DNA of 64,000 nucleotides from Bdellovibrionota bacterium (GTDB lineage Bacteria; Bdellovibrionota_C; UBA2361; JAFLCA01): NCBI GenBank assembly GCA_041907145.1, contig JAYRHW010000132.1, positions 431 to 64,430 of the forward strand, read 5' to 3'. Shown piece by piece: positions 1 to 8,224 of this stretch (position 1 is its first letter; each line of letters starts with the position of its first letter). The notes under the pieces were generated by a model. It saw only the letters and a program-made list of their open reading frames with translations, ran no database searches and was not told where the DNA came from. The position numbers and the translations under genes were made by a program.

Positions 1-360
1 CAGTCTCAGTCGAGGACCGGAGGTGAGGATGCAATAGTCGTTTCTTGGGAAGATATTGTAAAATACCGTCCGGACGTAATCGTAGTCGCCCTCGAAGGTC
101 AGGATGTGCAGTCAGTCTCGAAGTCGTTTTTGCGCTTGGAGAAGTTGCCCCACTGGGAAGATATTCCTGCCGTAAAGCGCGGCGAAGTCATCTTTACCGA
201 CGGGAAGGCGCATTTCTACAGACCTGGACCCAGACTTCGTGACTCGATGGCGATTCTTATTTCAGCGATAGCGGGCCTCGAGAGCGGTTATATCACTCCG
301 CGCGATAGCTTCTTCCGCCTGCGCTGGCTCGAAATGCAGCGTCATAAGCTTGGAAAGTGA
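1..360 (+). CDS. Periplasmic substrate-binding protein of ABC transporter, BtuF/FhuD family (Fe-siderophore or cobalamin type). C-terminal fragment; start lies upstream of the window.
   Basis: Frame-1 translation is open from nt 1 and ends at TGA 358-360. C-terminal motifs YRPDVIVVA ... FYRPGPRLRDSMAILISAIAGL resemble BtuF/FhuD-family C termini. Confidence 0.5.
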   Translation, partial: QSQSRTGGEDAIVVSWEDIVKYRPDVIVVALEGQDVQSVSKSFLRLEKLPHWEDIPAVKRGEVIFTDGKAHFYRPGPRLRDSMAILISAIAGLESGYITPRDSFFRLRWLEMQRHKLGK

Positions 361-418
361 GCCACTACATTAGACGCCTCGGATAGCGTTTTTTTCAACA
401 TTTTGCTAGGGTCGAGGC

Positions 419-838
419 ATGAATCAGTCGACTTCGGAATCTTGGATTAGCGTGTGCGGAGAGGCGGCCCCTTTGTTGGCCGCTGATACCCATGCTCGCA
501 TTCAAGATCGCCTTGCGAAACGGCAGTTTCGGCAGGATGAGATTGATTACGTGAAGAGCGCTTCCTGTGCTCCGATTCAGGGCGAATTGCGAGTTAGCGA
601 GTCCGAGCTGAACATCCTACGCAGGCTCTGCCAGGCTTGGGATATCGAGCTCCGTCCCGCCAAGATTACATCCCATCGTCCCTTGATCGGTCCGGTTATT
701 GTTGGGGTGAAGCGGCTCCTGTTTCCTTTGGTTCAGGTCTTCCTCAAGGACTTAGTCCGCCAGCAGCGTGATTTTAACTCCTCTGCTATTGCTCTTATGG
801 GCACATTGCTTTCTGAGCGCGACAAGCCAAAAAAATAG
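419..838 (+). CDS. Hypothetical protein, first gene of the T3SS-like operon
   Basis: 139-aa ORF, same strand and tightly spaced with downstream export-gate genes. No motif recognised. Confidence 0.3.
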   Translation: MNQSTSESWISVCGEAAPLLAADTHARIQDRLAKRQFRQDEIDYVKSASCAPIQGELRVSESELNILRRLCQAWDIELRPAKITSHRPLIGPVIVGVKRLLFPLVQVFLKDLVRQQRDFNSSAIALMGTLLSERDKPKK

Positions 839-867
839 TCCATCGAGTAGGCAACTTTTCTCGCCCA

Positions 868-1230
868 ATGCCGAATAATGCGCATCCCTCAGGAGATGCA
901 GCTATGTTGGCAATGCGAGCCCCCATTCTTACGAACATTCCTCAGCCGCTTCCAGCGCAGTTGGCTGCCCCGGAGAAAGCTCAGGCACTGTCGTTTGCTG
1001 ATGTTCTGGCTGAGAAGCTTTCAGGTTTAGAGTCCATGGTCGGGCTGCGCTCCTATGCCGATCTGGCCGCGCTGCGGCGGAAAGTCCTTACAGCAAAGTC
1101 GGTATCGCCTGGGGACCTCATTCTCTATCAGGTCAAGGCTTCCGAGTTTGGTCTCGGCGTGGAGCTCGTATCGAAGGTTGCAGAGTCGATGGCCACGACC
1201 GTGCGTAAATTTCAAAGCAATCAAGGGTAG
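868..1230 (+). CDS. Hypothetical protein in the T3SS-like operon
   Basis: 120-aa ORF, 30 nt after the previous gene and 6 nt before the next. No motif recognised. Confidence 0.3.
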   Translation: MPNNAHPSGDAAMLAMRAPILTNIPQPLPAQLAAPEKAQALSFADVLAEKLSGLESMVGLRSYADLAALRRKVLTAKSVSPGDLILYQVKASEFGLGVELVSKVAESMATTVRKFQSNQG

Positions 1231-1236
1231 GCTGCG

Positions 1237-2070
1237 ATGGAAGTAAACGTGCTCTCCGCTCAGCGCCGCATAGAACTCAAGGGTATTGAAACTCAAACAA
1301 AGCTCGAAAGGGATGCGGGTGCGCTGCGAGAGTGTGATGGAAGAGTCAGAACTGCCATGGAAGCGGTACGCACGTCCGGCAGAAATTTTGAGCAAATCAA
1401 GCAACGCATTGCCGCAAAGCTTGAACTTGGCTCGAGTGCCCGAGAGCTCGCCGGTAACTTTGCCTTAGGATTGCGAGCTCTGCAAGATCAGCGATCGCAG
1501 ATCTTAGAATCCCGGAGGGCCTTGGTCATAGCTAATGCCGGTAAGATTCAGCAGGAACAGATCGTGCGGGCGCGACGTCACGCGCTTGATTGCCTTGAAC
1601 GCTGCGCTGAGAGTCTCGTTAAGAACCGAGAACGAATTCGCCGAGCGGCCGAGGATGCGGACTGCCTCAGTGCCGGTATCTCACGGCACTATTCTACGGT
1701 CGAGCTGCCAATCACTGCGAGACTGGTCGGCGCGGTCTCCCCGGCCTCCACAAATGAAAGTCCAAAGATCGGTACCACAGCCGCCTCGGTGACAAAGCCG
1801 GGTCCCAGTCATGTATATGAGGTTTCAACTGTCGATAATGCTGAACAATCGAAGATTAGTTTTACCGTTGGGGACGAACGACAAAGTGAAATTGCGGTGC
1901 GAATCGTTCGTCGAGGTGAGCGATCCCTGGATGTTCAGATTATGTCGCAGGGATATGGAGACCAACGCAGGCTCTGGCAAGATCAAGCGGAGCTGCGAGC
2001 AGAGCTAGAGCGTGCCGGATACCGGATTGAACGACTCAGAATAGGAAATGCCGACAGGAGATTATCATGA
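1237..2070 (+). CDS. Coiled-coil protein with C-terminal FliK/SctP (T3S4, Flg_hook)-like domain; possible SctO/SctP-like stalk and length-control analogue
   Basis: N-terminal ~150 aa is Arg/Glu/Gln-rich predicted coiled coil, as in FliJ/SctO. C-terminal segment ISFTVGDERQSEIAVRIVRRGERSLDVQIMSQ...LRAELERAGYRIERLRIG follows the alternating hydrophobic pattern of the FliK/YscP T3S4 domain. Stop overlaps the start of sctR (ATGA). Confidence 0.35.
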   Translation: MEVNVLSAQRRIELKGIETQTKLERDAGALRECDGRVRTAMEAVRTSGRNFEQIKQRIAAKLELGSSARELAGNFALGLRALQDQRSQILESRRALVIANAGKIQQEQIVRARRHALDCLERCAESLVKNRERIRRAAEDADCLSAGISRHYSTVELPITARLVGAVSPASTNESPKIGTTAASVTKPGPSHVYEVSTVDNAEQSKISFTVGDERQSEIAVRIVRRGERSLDVQIMSQGYGDQRRLWQDQAELRAELERAGYRIERLRIGNADRRLS

Positions 2071-2738
2071 CTGGGCTCAATCCTACGTGGCTCATTGTCG
2101 TGAGTTTCGGATTGGCATTGATTCCACTCCTGGTCTGCGCAGGTACTTCCTATATAAAAATCAGCGTCGTGCTGGGACTGTTGCGAGGGGGGTTCGGCAC
2201 TCAAGGAGTTCCGGGAGCGATGATTATATCCTCCATGGCGATGGCGCTGAGTTTGTACATCATGGGGCCAACCCTGGAAGCAAGTATTGGAGCGGCTGAG
2301 GCGATACCATTTGGATCGTTTGCTGCCGATCCGTCGGTTCGAAGGTTGGCGCAGCTGAGGCCGCTTGTCGAGCCCTGGCGGACGTTTATGCTGGCGCATG
2401 CAGGCAAGCGGGAACTGCTTGCGGTGTCCGAGCTAGAGCGCCGAGAGGATATCGCTACGGCGGGGGCAACGGCAGTTGCGACTCCGGATGATGGGACGTG
2501 TTGGCGTGCTGCTCTGCTTGCCTTCGTGCTCACCGAGCTGCGGCAGGCGTTCTCGATGGGATTCGTGCTTCTGCTGCCCTTTCTTGTTATCGACATAGCC
2601 GTGGCCAACATCCTGGCCGGACTGGGGATGTTCATGCTGAGTCCCACATTGATTTCATTGCCGCTCAAATTACTACTCTTTGTAGCTTGTGATGGATGGA
2701 TGATTCTGAGCCGCAGCCTGATTTTCTCCTATCAGTGA
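2067..2738 (+). CDS. sctR: Type III secretion / flagellar export apparatus protein SctR (FliP/YscR family)
   Basis: 223 aa. Conserved FliP/YscR motifs: SYIKISVVLGLLRGGFGTQGVP, LTELRQAFSMGFVLLLPFLVIDIAVANILAGLGMFMLSP, KLLLFVACDGWMIL...SY. Size fits SctR better than flagellar FliP. Confidence 0.85.
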   Translation: MTGLNPTWLIVVSFGLALIPLLVCAGTSYIKISVVLGLLRGGFGTQGVPGAMIISSMAMALSLYIMGPTLEASIGAAEAIPFGSFAADPSVRRLAQLRPLVEPWRTFMLAHAGKRELLAVSELERREDIATAGATAVATPDDGTCWRAALLAFVLTELRQAFSMGFVLLLPFLVIDIAVANILAGLGMFMLSPTLISLPLKLLLFVACDGWMILSRSLIFSYQ

Positions 2739-2744
2739 GGGCAT

Positions 2745-3005
2745 ATGTTTCAGTTGACGATCCAGCAAGCCTGCCTTCTCGTTCTTATACTCTCAACGGT
2801 GCCTTTGGCGCTTAGCTCTGGTCTTGGCCTGCTAGTCGCTGTATTACAGGCAGCTACTCAAATTCAGGAGCAGTCGATTGTCTTCACGGCAAAGATTCTC
2901 GCTTTTAGCGCGTTGGCCTATTTCGGCGGAAGCCTCGGTGCCAATGCAGTGCAGGAATTCTTTCTTGCCAACATGGATCTCGTCATCGCTTTGGGGCGGG
3001 GCTAG
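2745..3005 (+). CDS. sctS: Export apparatus protein SctS (FliQ/YscS family)
   Basis: 86 aa, two TM helices. Signature LQAATQIQEQSIVFTAKILA matches the FliQ/YscS core motif (LQAATQI-E-tl-F-pK). Confidence 0.8.
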   Translation: MFQLTIQQACLLVLILSTVPLALSSGLGLLVAVLQAATQIQEQSIVFTAKILAFSALAYFGGSLGANAVQEFFLANMDLVIALGRG

Positions 3006-3010
3006 CATGT

Positions 3011-3730
3011 ATGGAAAGTATTGCTGCGTGTTTTCTGCGTTCGATCGCGGCCATGGCCGTGCTGCCCCTGGGCGGCGATCTGCTCTCGCTCGGGCTGAAG
3101 CTCTATCTGGCAGCTCTGTGCGCTTTCTGTCTTGTGCCTACGGTTGATAACTTCTCGTTGTCCGTGACCGTCTTCGTGCTATTTGAGAATCTCGTCTTGG
3201 GAATGATACTGGGACTGCCGCTGGTGTTGGCAGTACAGGCTGCCGAGTGGGTAGGGGAGCTCTTTGACAGTGCACGGGGGCAGACCATGGGGGCGATTTT
3301 GGATCCTGCTCAGGGCGCCCCTTCGATGGTATCTCTATCAGCCGCCTCGGTTGCGCGCGCGACTCTGCTCGGTGCTGGTGTGCTCCCCAGCTTCGTGCTT
3401 CGACTGCATGAGAGTCTGGTCGCGTTTCCACTGCTCAACCCTTTCTCCGAATCCATACAATTCGTTGGGGAGAAATTGGCCGTGTTTCTTGCAGTATACT
3501 GTAGCGAGGTGCTTCGCAGTGGTGTTCCCCTTGCTCTACTGTTTCTCGCGATCGAATGTGTCTTTGCTGTAGCGGCAAAGCTGCTCCCGGGGATTTCTCT
3601 GTCCACGGAGAGCTTTGCGCTCAAACTTGGCCTCGGCTTTCTCATCCTTCGAGCACTGGCCGGGAGCACTCTGTCAGAAGCTGCGCTTGGACTTGCGACA
3701 GCTAATCCTCAGCAGCTGTTACAACCCTAG
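3011..3730 (+). CDS. sctT: Export apparatus protein SctT (FliR/YscT family)
   Basis: 239 aa polytopic membrane protein. N-terminal FLRSIAAMAVLPL... resembles FliR. Sits between sctS and sctU as in canonical R-S-T-U order. Confidence 0.75.
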   Translation: MESIAACFLRSIAAMAVLPLGGDLLSLGLKLYLAALCAFCLVPTVDNFSLSVTVFVLFENLVLGMILGLPLVLAVQAAEWVGELFDSARGQTMGAILDPAQGAPSMVSLSAASVARATLLGAGVLPSFVLRLHESLVAFPLLNPFSESIQFVGEKLAVFLAVYCSEVLRSGVPLALLFLAIECVFAVAAKLLPGISLSTESFALKLGLGFLILRALAGSTLSEAALGLATANPQQLLQP

Positions 3731-3738
3731 GAGCTAGG

Positions 3739-4530
3739 ATGGCTGAGTTCAAGGGCCACCCCGCCACGCCCAAACGTCTGGAGAAAGCCAGGCGCGATGG
3801 GCAGAGGCTCAAATCACCATTAATAACTCAATTATTTTGCCTGGTTAGCCTCATATGCTCAGCCCATCTGACTAGCCGGTCAACTTGGGTAAAGAATAGA
3901 ATGTTGTTACAATATTGCTGGTCAGATGGTTACCGCGAGCCGGCTGTATGTGCCGTCGGGCTGGGGCAGCAGTTGTTTGCAATAGTTGTCTTCAGTTTGA
4001 TCTTTGGATCACTTGTTTCGATAATCGCAGAATCCCTGCAAGTTGGAATTCGTTTCAACGTGACATTGATCGCGCCGCGAATCTCTCGCCTCCATGTGGG
4101 GAACGGTCTAAAGAGGATTGCCCAGGGGCTGAAGGGTTCTTGGCAACTTGCGCTGCGCCTATGGTTGTTCTCGCTCGTTTTGTTCTGGTTTTCCCCTGAC
4201 ATAGTACGCCTCGGTGTCTCGGTATGGAACATCGAGAGTGAATGGCGGCTTTGGTATATCGCCAGAAGTCTCGCGAGCTTGCTGATGGTCACCGCCAGCG
4301 TCGCGAGTATCTGTGCGGTTATTGATTACACGGCTCGGCGCCATGAGTATTTCCGCGAGTTAAGCATGTCCACGACCGAGATACGCCAGGAACATCGCGA
4401 TGACGAAGGCGACCCCCAGATCAGGGCACAGCGGCAGGCGCTTTTTCGATCGATGTCCTATGCTGAGATTGTAAAACGTGCACGAGAGTCGAAGGTAATA
4501 ATCGTGGAAAGAGCTGAGCAACGAGAGTAG
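3739..4530 (+). CDS. sctU: SctU/FlhB family export switch protein, N-terminal transmembrane part plus CN linker only; terminates just before the NPTH autocleavage motif
   Basis: MAEFKGHPATPKRLEKARRDGQRLKS matches the FlhB/YscU N terminus. Four TM segments. ELSMSTTEIRQEHRDDEGDPQIRAQRQALFRSM aligns with the FlhB linker (MTKQEIKDEHKQSEGDPHVKGRIRQ..). The ORF ends ...SKVIIVERAEQRE, i.e. at the position of ..ADVIVTNPTH in FlhB. Confidence 0.75.
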   Translation: MAEFKGHPATPKRLEKARRDGQRLKSPLITQLFCLVSLICSAHLTSRSTWVKNRMLLQYCWSDGYREPAVCAVGLGQQLFAIVVFSLIFGSLVSIIAESLQVGIRFNVTLIAPRISRLHVGNGLKRIAQGLKGSWQLALRLWLFSLVLFWFSPDIVRLGVSVWNIESEWRLWYIARSLASLLMVTASVASICAVIDYTARRHEYFRELSMSTTEIRQEHRDDEGDPQIRAQRQALFRSMSYAEIVKRARESKVIIVERAEQRE

Positions 4531-4534
4531 CGAA

Positions 4535-7500
4535 ATGGCAGCCCGAAACTGCAAGGACGTCATCGATGACTTGCGCAGATCCTTATCTGCTGTCGAAGCT
4601 CCGCAGCAACTCGCCGATACGCTGGCTGAGCAGCTTTCCGATTCATTTGGTAAAGCCATCATACATGTCGTTTTGTCGATGTCCTCTGATCGCATTGAGG
4701 CCTGGCACGGAATTCCGCCGAATGTGACCGCGCAGCATTCATTGCGAGTTGATGGCGATCAGGCCAGGCTCGGAGCGCTAGCCGTGCCGTTCCCAGTTTT
4801 TGTCAGTGATCCGCGCCGCGCACGCTTGGATCCCGAGCTAGCCCGCTATATCGATCGTATCGGCGCCCGGTCCTACGCCGCCGTAGCGCTCTATCGAAGC
4901 GGCAGGCTGAGCGGCTGGATCGAATGCTGGTATCAGCTCGAGCACCGCACTTGGACGCGCGAGGATAGCGCCCTTCTTCAGCAGTGCGCCGACGTAGCGG
5001 GTCTTGCCCTCGAGGGGAGAATTGCTCCCGAACTCCCTGCTGCCGAATCTCCGAATCCTCAATTAGTTGCGGAAATCGACGATCTCAAGGCTCGCTATGA
5101 GCGCATCATCGCGTACGGTAATCTAATCATGGTGCGAACCAATCCCGAGTTTGAGCTTGTGGACGTGCGCGGTGACACGATGAGCGTTCTGGGCGTCAGC
5201 GCGGAGACGCTTCTCAACGACAGAACGGTGTGGAGCCGGTTCGTGCACTCACCTGACTTTCGGGCGCTCAATCGAAAAGTCCGCCGCATGCGCGATCGGC
5301 CGGAAGAACTAAACGAAGAGATTCGCGTGCTCAATCAGCAAAGCCAGCAGGTACGATGGCTGTTGCTGCGCTCGGTACCGCTCTTTAATGCCGGAGGCGA
5401 ATTCCTCGGTTGGGAGGGCTTTGGGCTCGATATCACCGATCGCCGTGAAGCTCGAGAGGAGCTTTTGGGTCAAAGTAAGCGCGTAGAGGCCCTCTATGAA
5501 GTAGCGCGCGCTTTGCAGGTCAATTTGGACCCAGCTTTGGTAACGCTGCGGGGGTTGCGCGCGCTGATCACCGCGACGAGTTCGGACTGCGGGTTTACAT
5601 GCTTCTATGATCCGGAACAAAAAGCCCTGGAGCTCGTGTCCTCCGAAGGCCTGTCCCCTCATTATGTCGAGGACTTCTCCAGGTTGCTGGGCGGACCGAC
5701 GCTGGTGCGATTGGCGGTAGATCGAAAGGAGGGGCTGCTCAGCAACAATATCCAGCGCGATCCCCGTGCCGCGGTAGACATTGCCCGACGAGAAGGATTG
5801 AAATCCACGATCATAATGCCGCTCATGCTCAAGGACGAGGTGCAGGGCGCGATCGTGCTCTTTTGCAGAAAGGCCAACCGCTATTCCGAGGCGGATTTTG
5901 ATTTAGTCTCGGCTGCGGCGAGCCAGATTTGTCTAGCCGTGCGGCAGGCGGAGTCTTACCTGGCGGAAAAGCGTCAGGTTAGCGCACTGGGAGTGCTGTA
6001 CCGACTCAGTCACGAGCTGTCAAAACAGATGACGCCGCGGGAGATAGCGGAGCACGCGTTTCCAATCATTCAGAGTGAGCTCTCTTGCAAGCGCATGTGG
6101 CTAGGAGTTTTGAACGAGCAGGGTACTTTGTTACTTGGACAGGCTGGCACGGGTCCGGGAGTGCGCCGCCCGCTCATCGACCTGCAAATTGAGATCGGAG
6201 AACAAAACGATTTTCTCAGCCAAGCATTGTCGCGCAAGCAGCCGGTGATCGTACGACCTGCGCAGCAGCAGGAATGCGAGCGTTTACAGCGGCTCACTCA
6301 GCGTCTGAACCTTGGTATGTTCGTTATCGTGCCGCTTGTCTCGCTCGGACAGACCGTCGGTATATTGCTGGTGGAGCCGACGCTACCATCGGGATTCATG
6401 ATTCAGCGCAAGCTGTCCCTGCTTTCAAGCATGGGCGCTGAAATTGCGACGGTGATTCTCGCCCGCCGGTTCGAATCCAAGCTGGCTGACGCCGAGAAAA
6501 TGAGAATGGCAGGATTGTTGGCCTCCGGCGTCGCGCACAATTTCAATAACATGCTGCAGGCGGTCATGGGACAAGCGTCGCTCATCGAGATGCAGCTCGG
6601 CAAGGACTCTCCATTGGTTGGTTCTGCGCGCATGATCATCGAGGCGGCCGGCAAGGGCGCGGGGCTTATTAAACAGCTTCTGAGCTTCGCCCTGCCGGGT
6701 GCCGAGTCTCGAACGGTGATATCACCGCAGGAACTATTTGCCGAGTCTGGGGAGCTTTACCGCTCCATACTAGGTTCCTCGATTGTGCTTGATGTCAGAA
6801 TAGATGATGGGTTGCCCGAAGTGCACGCAGATTACTCGAAGATGCAACAGGTCATCACGAACCTTCTGATGAATGCGAAGGAAGCGATTGGCGATCGGCG
6901 AGACGGCTTGGTCAAGCTTACGGCGAGGGCCGTCAGGCTAGCCTCGGGCGAAGTCGATCCCGAGCTCGCTCCCGGAAGCTATTTACGAATCGACGTATCG
7001 GACAACGGGGCGGGCATGGATGCGGAGCGGCAGTCTCGGTGCTTCGAGCCGTTCTTCACTACAAAAAATGTCGATGTAAGAACCGGCCTGGGTTTCGAGG
7101 GTTCGGGTCTGGGGCTCTCTTCGGCGTACTCGATTATCAAAGGGCATGAGGGCTCCATCACCGTGAGCAGCACGCTGGGCGAGGGTACGAACTTCAGTAT
7201 TTACTTGCCAGCCTATCAAGCGTCTGCGACCAAAGATGCGGAAGTACCTGCAGCGACTGCCGCCGGCGGAATTCTCGCCCGGCAGGCCTTCGTATTCGGT
7301 GATGCGCTGCAAAGAAATTTTGCGCTGATCTCGACGCTCGAGTCCTTTGGGATTCGAGTGGTCCCCTGTTCCAGTAGTGAGAGCTTCTTCCAGCAAGCTG
7401 CTAGAGACTCTTGGACCATGCTGGTACTCGAAGATCAGTTTGGGGCTGAGTCTTCTGCGCCCCTCGTGCATGAGGTCCGTGCAAAATTTCCTGATGTTCG

Positions 7501-7744
7501 AGTTCTTGTCATTACAACGAAGCCGCAGGATGCCGCGGCAGCATTTTCCGACCTTCAGGAGGTGGCAATCGTTGGCGAGCCGGTGAGTCTATGGTCCGTG
7601 CAGGCTGCCATCAAGCGCCTCGTTCATGGGAAGCAGGCTGGTTCCGGATTGGTCCGCAGTGTTCAGGTCGAGGGAAGAGGAAGCGACGCGCGCAAGGAGC
7701 TTGCGCCGGTGCGAGACCCATCCCGGAATCGAGAGACGCTATGA
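4535..7744 (+). CDS. Multi-domain hybrid sensor histidine kinase (GAF/PAS/GAF/GAF-HisKA-HATPase_c plus C-terminal receiver-like domain), encoded inside the split sctU
   Basis: 1069 aa. H-box GVAHNFNNMLQAVMGQASL. ATP-binding G-boxes DNGAGMD and GLGLSSAYSIIKGHEGSITVSS. Central PAS-like and GAF-like segments. C-terminal ~130 aa resembles a receiver (LVLEDQ, VLVITT), but the conserved Lys is not evident. Starts 4 nt after the sctU N-part stop. Its TGA overlaps the ATG of the next gene (ATGA). Confidence 0.8.
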   Translation: MAARNCKDVIDDLRRSLSAVEAPQQLADTLAEQLSDSFGKAIIHVVLSMSSDRIEAWHGIPPNVTAQHSLRVDGDQARLGALAVPFPVFVSDPRRARLDPELARYIDRIGARSYAAVALYRSGRLSGWIECWYQLEHRTWTREDSALLQQCADVAGLALEGRIAPELPAAESPNPQLVAEIDDLKARYERIIAYGNLIMVRTNPEFELVDVRGDTMSVLGVSAETLLNDRTVWSRFVHSPDFRALNRKVRRMRDRPEELNEEIRVLNQQSQQVRWLLLRSVPLFNAGGEFLGWEGFGLDITDRREAREELLGQSKRVEALYEVARALQVNLDPALVTLRGLRALITATSSDCGFTCFYDPEQKALELVSSEGLSPHYVEDFSRLLGGPTLVRLAVDRKEGLLSNNIQRDPRAAVDIARREGLKSTIIMPLMLKDEVQGAIVLFCRKANRYSEADFDLVSAAASQICLAVRQAESYLAEKRQVSALGVLYRLSHELSKQMTPREIAEHAFPIIQSELSCKRMWLGVLNEQGTLLLGQAGTGPGVRRPLIDLQIEIGEQNDFLSQALSRKQPVIVRPAQQQECERLQRLTQRLNLGMFVIVPLVSLGQTVGILLVEPTLPSGFMIQRKLSLLSSMGAEIATVILARRFESKLADAEKMRMAGLLASGVAHNFNNMLQAVMGQASLIEMQLGKDSPLVGSARMIIEAAGKGAGLIKQLLSFALPGAESRTVISPQELFAESGELYRSILGSSIVLDVRIDDGLPEVHADYSKMQQVITNLLMNAKEAIGDRRDGLVKLTARAVRLASGEVDPELAPGSYLRIDVSDNGAGMDAERQSRCFEPFFTTKNVDVRTGLGFEGSGLGLSSAYSIIKGHEGSITVSSTLGEGTNFSIYLPAYQASATKDAEVPAATAAGGILARQAFVFGDALQRNFALISTLESFGIRVVPCSSSESFFQQAARDSWTMLVLEDQFGAESSAPLVHEVRAKFPDVRVLVITTKPQDAAAAFSDLQEVAIVGEPVSLWSVQAAIKRLVHGKQAGSGLVRSVQVEGRGSDARKELAPVRDPSRNRETL

Positions 7745-8064
7745 GGAGCCTTCGACAGACAATGTCCGGCGGGACAATTCCCGGCCGATGCGCGCCGGAT
7801 CGGAATTCAGCAAACGTCTTCAAGTCGGCCGTGGGATTGGCATATTCTCCGGACGGCGGGCAATCCCCGCATGTGGCTATCAAGGGATCCCTGATGGGGG
7901 CTGATGAAATTGTGCGCCTTGCTCGTCGCTTTGGCGTGCCCATTGTCGAGCAGCGGGGCCTCTGCACGGCACTTGCTCGTCTTGAGCTCGATGCGCATAT
8001 TCCTCCCAGCCTCTTCGAGGCTGTAGCGATTATTCTCGCGCGCCTTCAGCGGAAAGGTAGCTAG
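7741..8064 (+). CDS. Stand-alone SctU/FlhB C-terminal (CC) domain protein, equivalent to the post-NPTH fragment
   Basis: SPHVAIKGSLMGADEIVRLARRFGVPIVEQRGLCTALARLELDAHIPPSLFEAVAIILARL aligns with FlhB PTHYAVAL...APKVVAKGAGLVALRIRE..VPVLEAPPLARALY..EIGQQIP.QLYAAVAEVLAWV. I place the start at ATG 7741, overlapping the kinase stop; the listed ORF 7591 is only the upstream open frame. Confidence 0.65.
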   Translation: MRSLRQTMSGGTIPGRCAPDRNSANVFKSAVGLAYSPDGGQSPHVAIKGSLMGADEIVRLARRFGVPIVEQRGLCTALARLELDAHIPPSLFEAVAIILARLQRKGS

Positions 8065-8224
8065 CTGAAGCTGAATAAAACACTTCTGTACGCCCACTGT
8101 GCACCCTTGCTCGCAGTCAGTTTGTATGGGATTTTAGTAACGCAAGGGCGCCGACGAATTAGCAGTACCTCTCTCGCTATGGAACTAAAACGTCGATCGA
8201 GCGGCTCATTTTTTCGATGATTCG

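Noticed and set aside
3800-3930. AT-rich patch inside sctU N-part, as a possible inserted element or regulatory site
   Set aside because: The segment is in frame, and its translation aligns with the first TM helix region of FlhB/SctU (GQRLKSPLITQLFCLVSLI...). It is coding sequence, not an insertion.
2067-8064. Calling the R/S/T/U cluster a flagellar fliPQR-flhB operon
   Set aside because: No fliO, flhA, fliN/M, rod or hook genes are adjacent. SctR and SctS sizes are injectisome-like. The upstream gene looks like SctO/P rather than FliO. The flagellar alternative cannot be fully excluded without phylogeny, so I used the unified Sct names with FliP/Q/R/FlhB given as family synonyms.
7591-8064. 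Using the full 157-aa ORF (start 7591) for the SctU C-domain protein, plus overlapping ORFs 7626-7904 (+) and 7611-7967 (-)
   Set aside because: The first ~50 codons of the 7591 frame overlap the kinase gene's 3' end and show no homology. ATG 7741 overlapping the kinase TGA gives a product matching the FlhB_CC fragment. The other two ORFs are GC-rich shadow frames.
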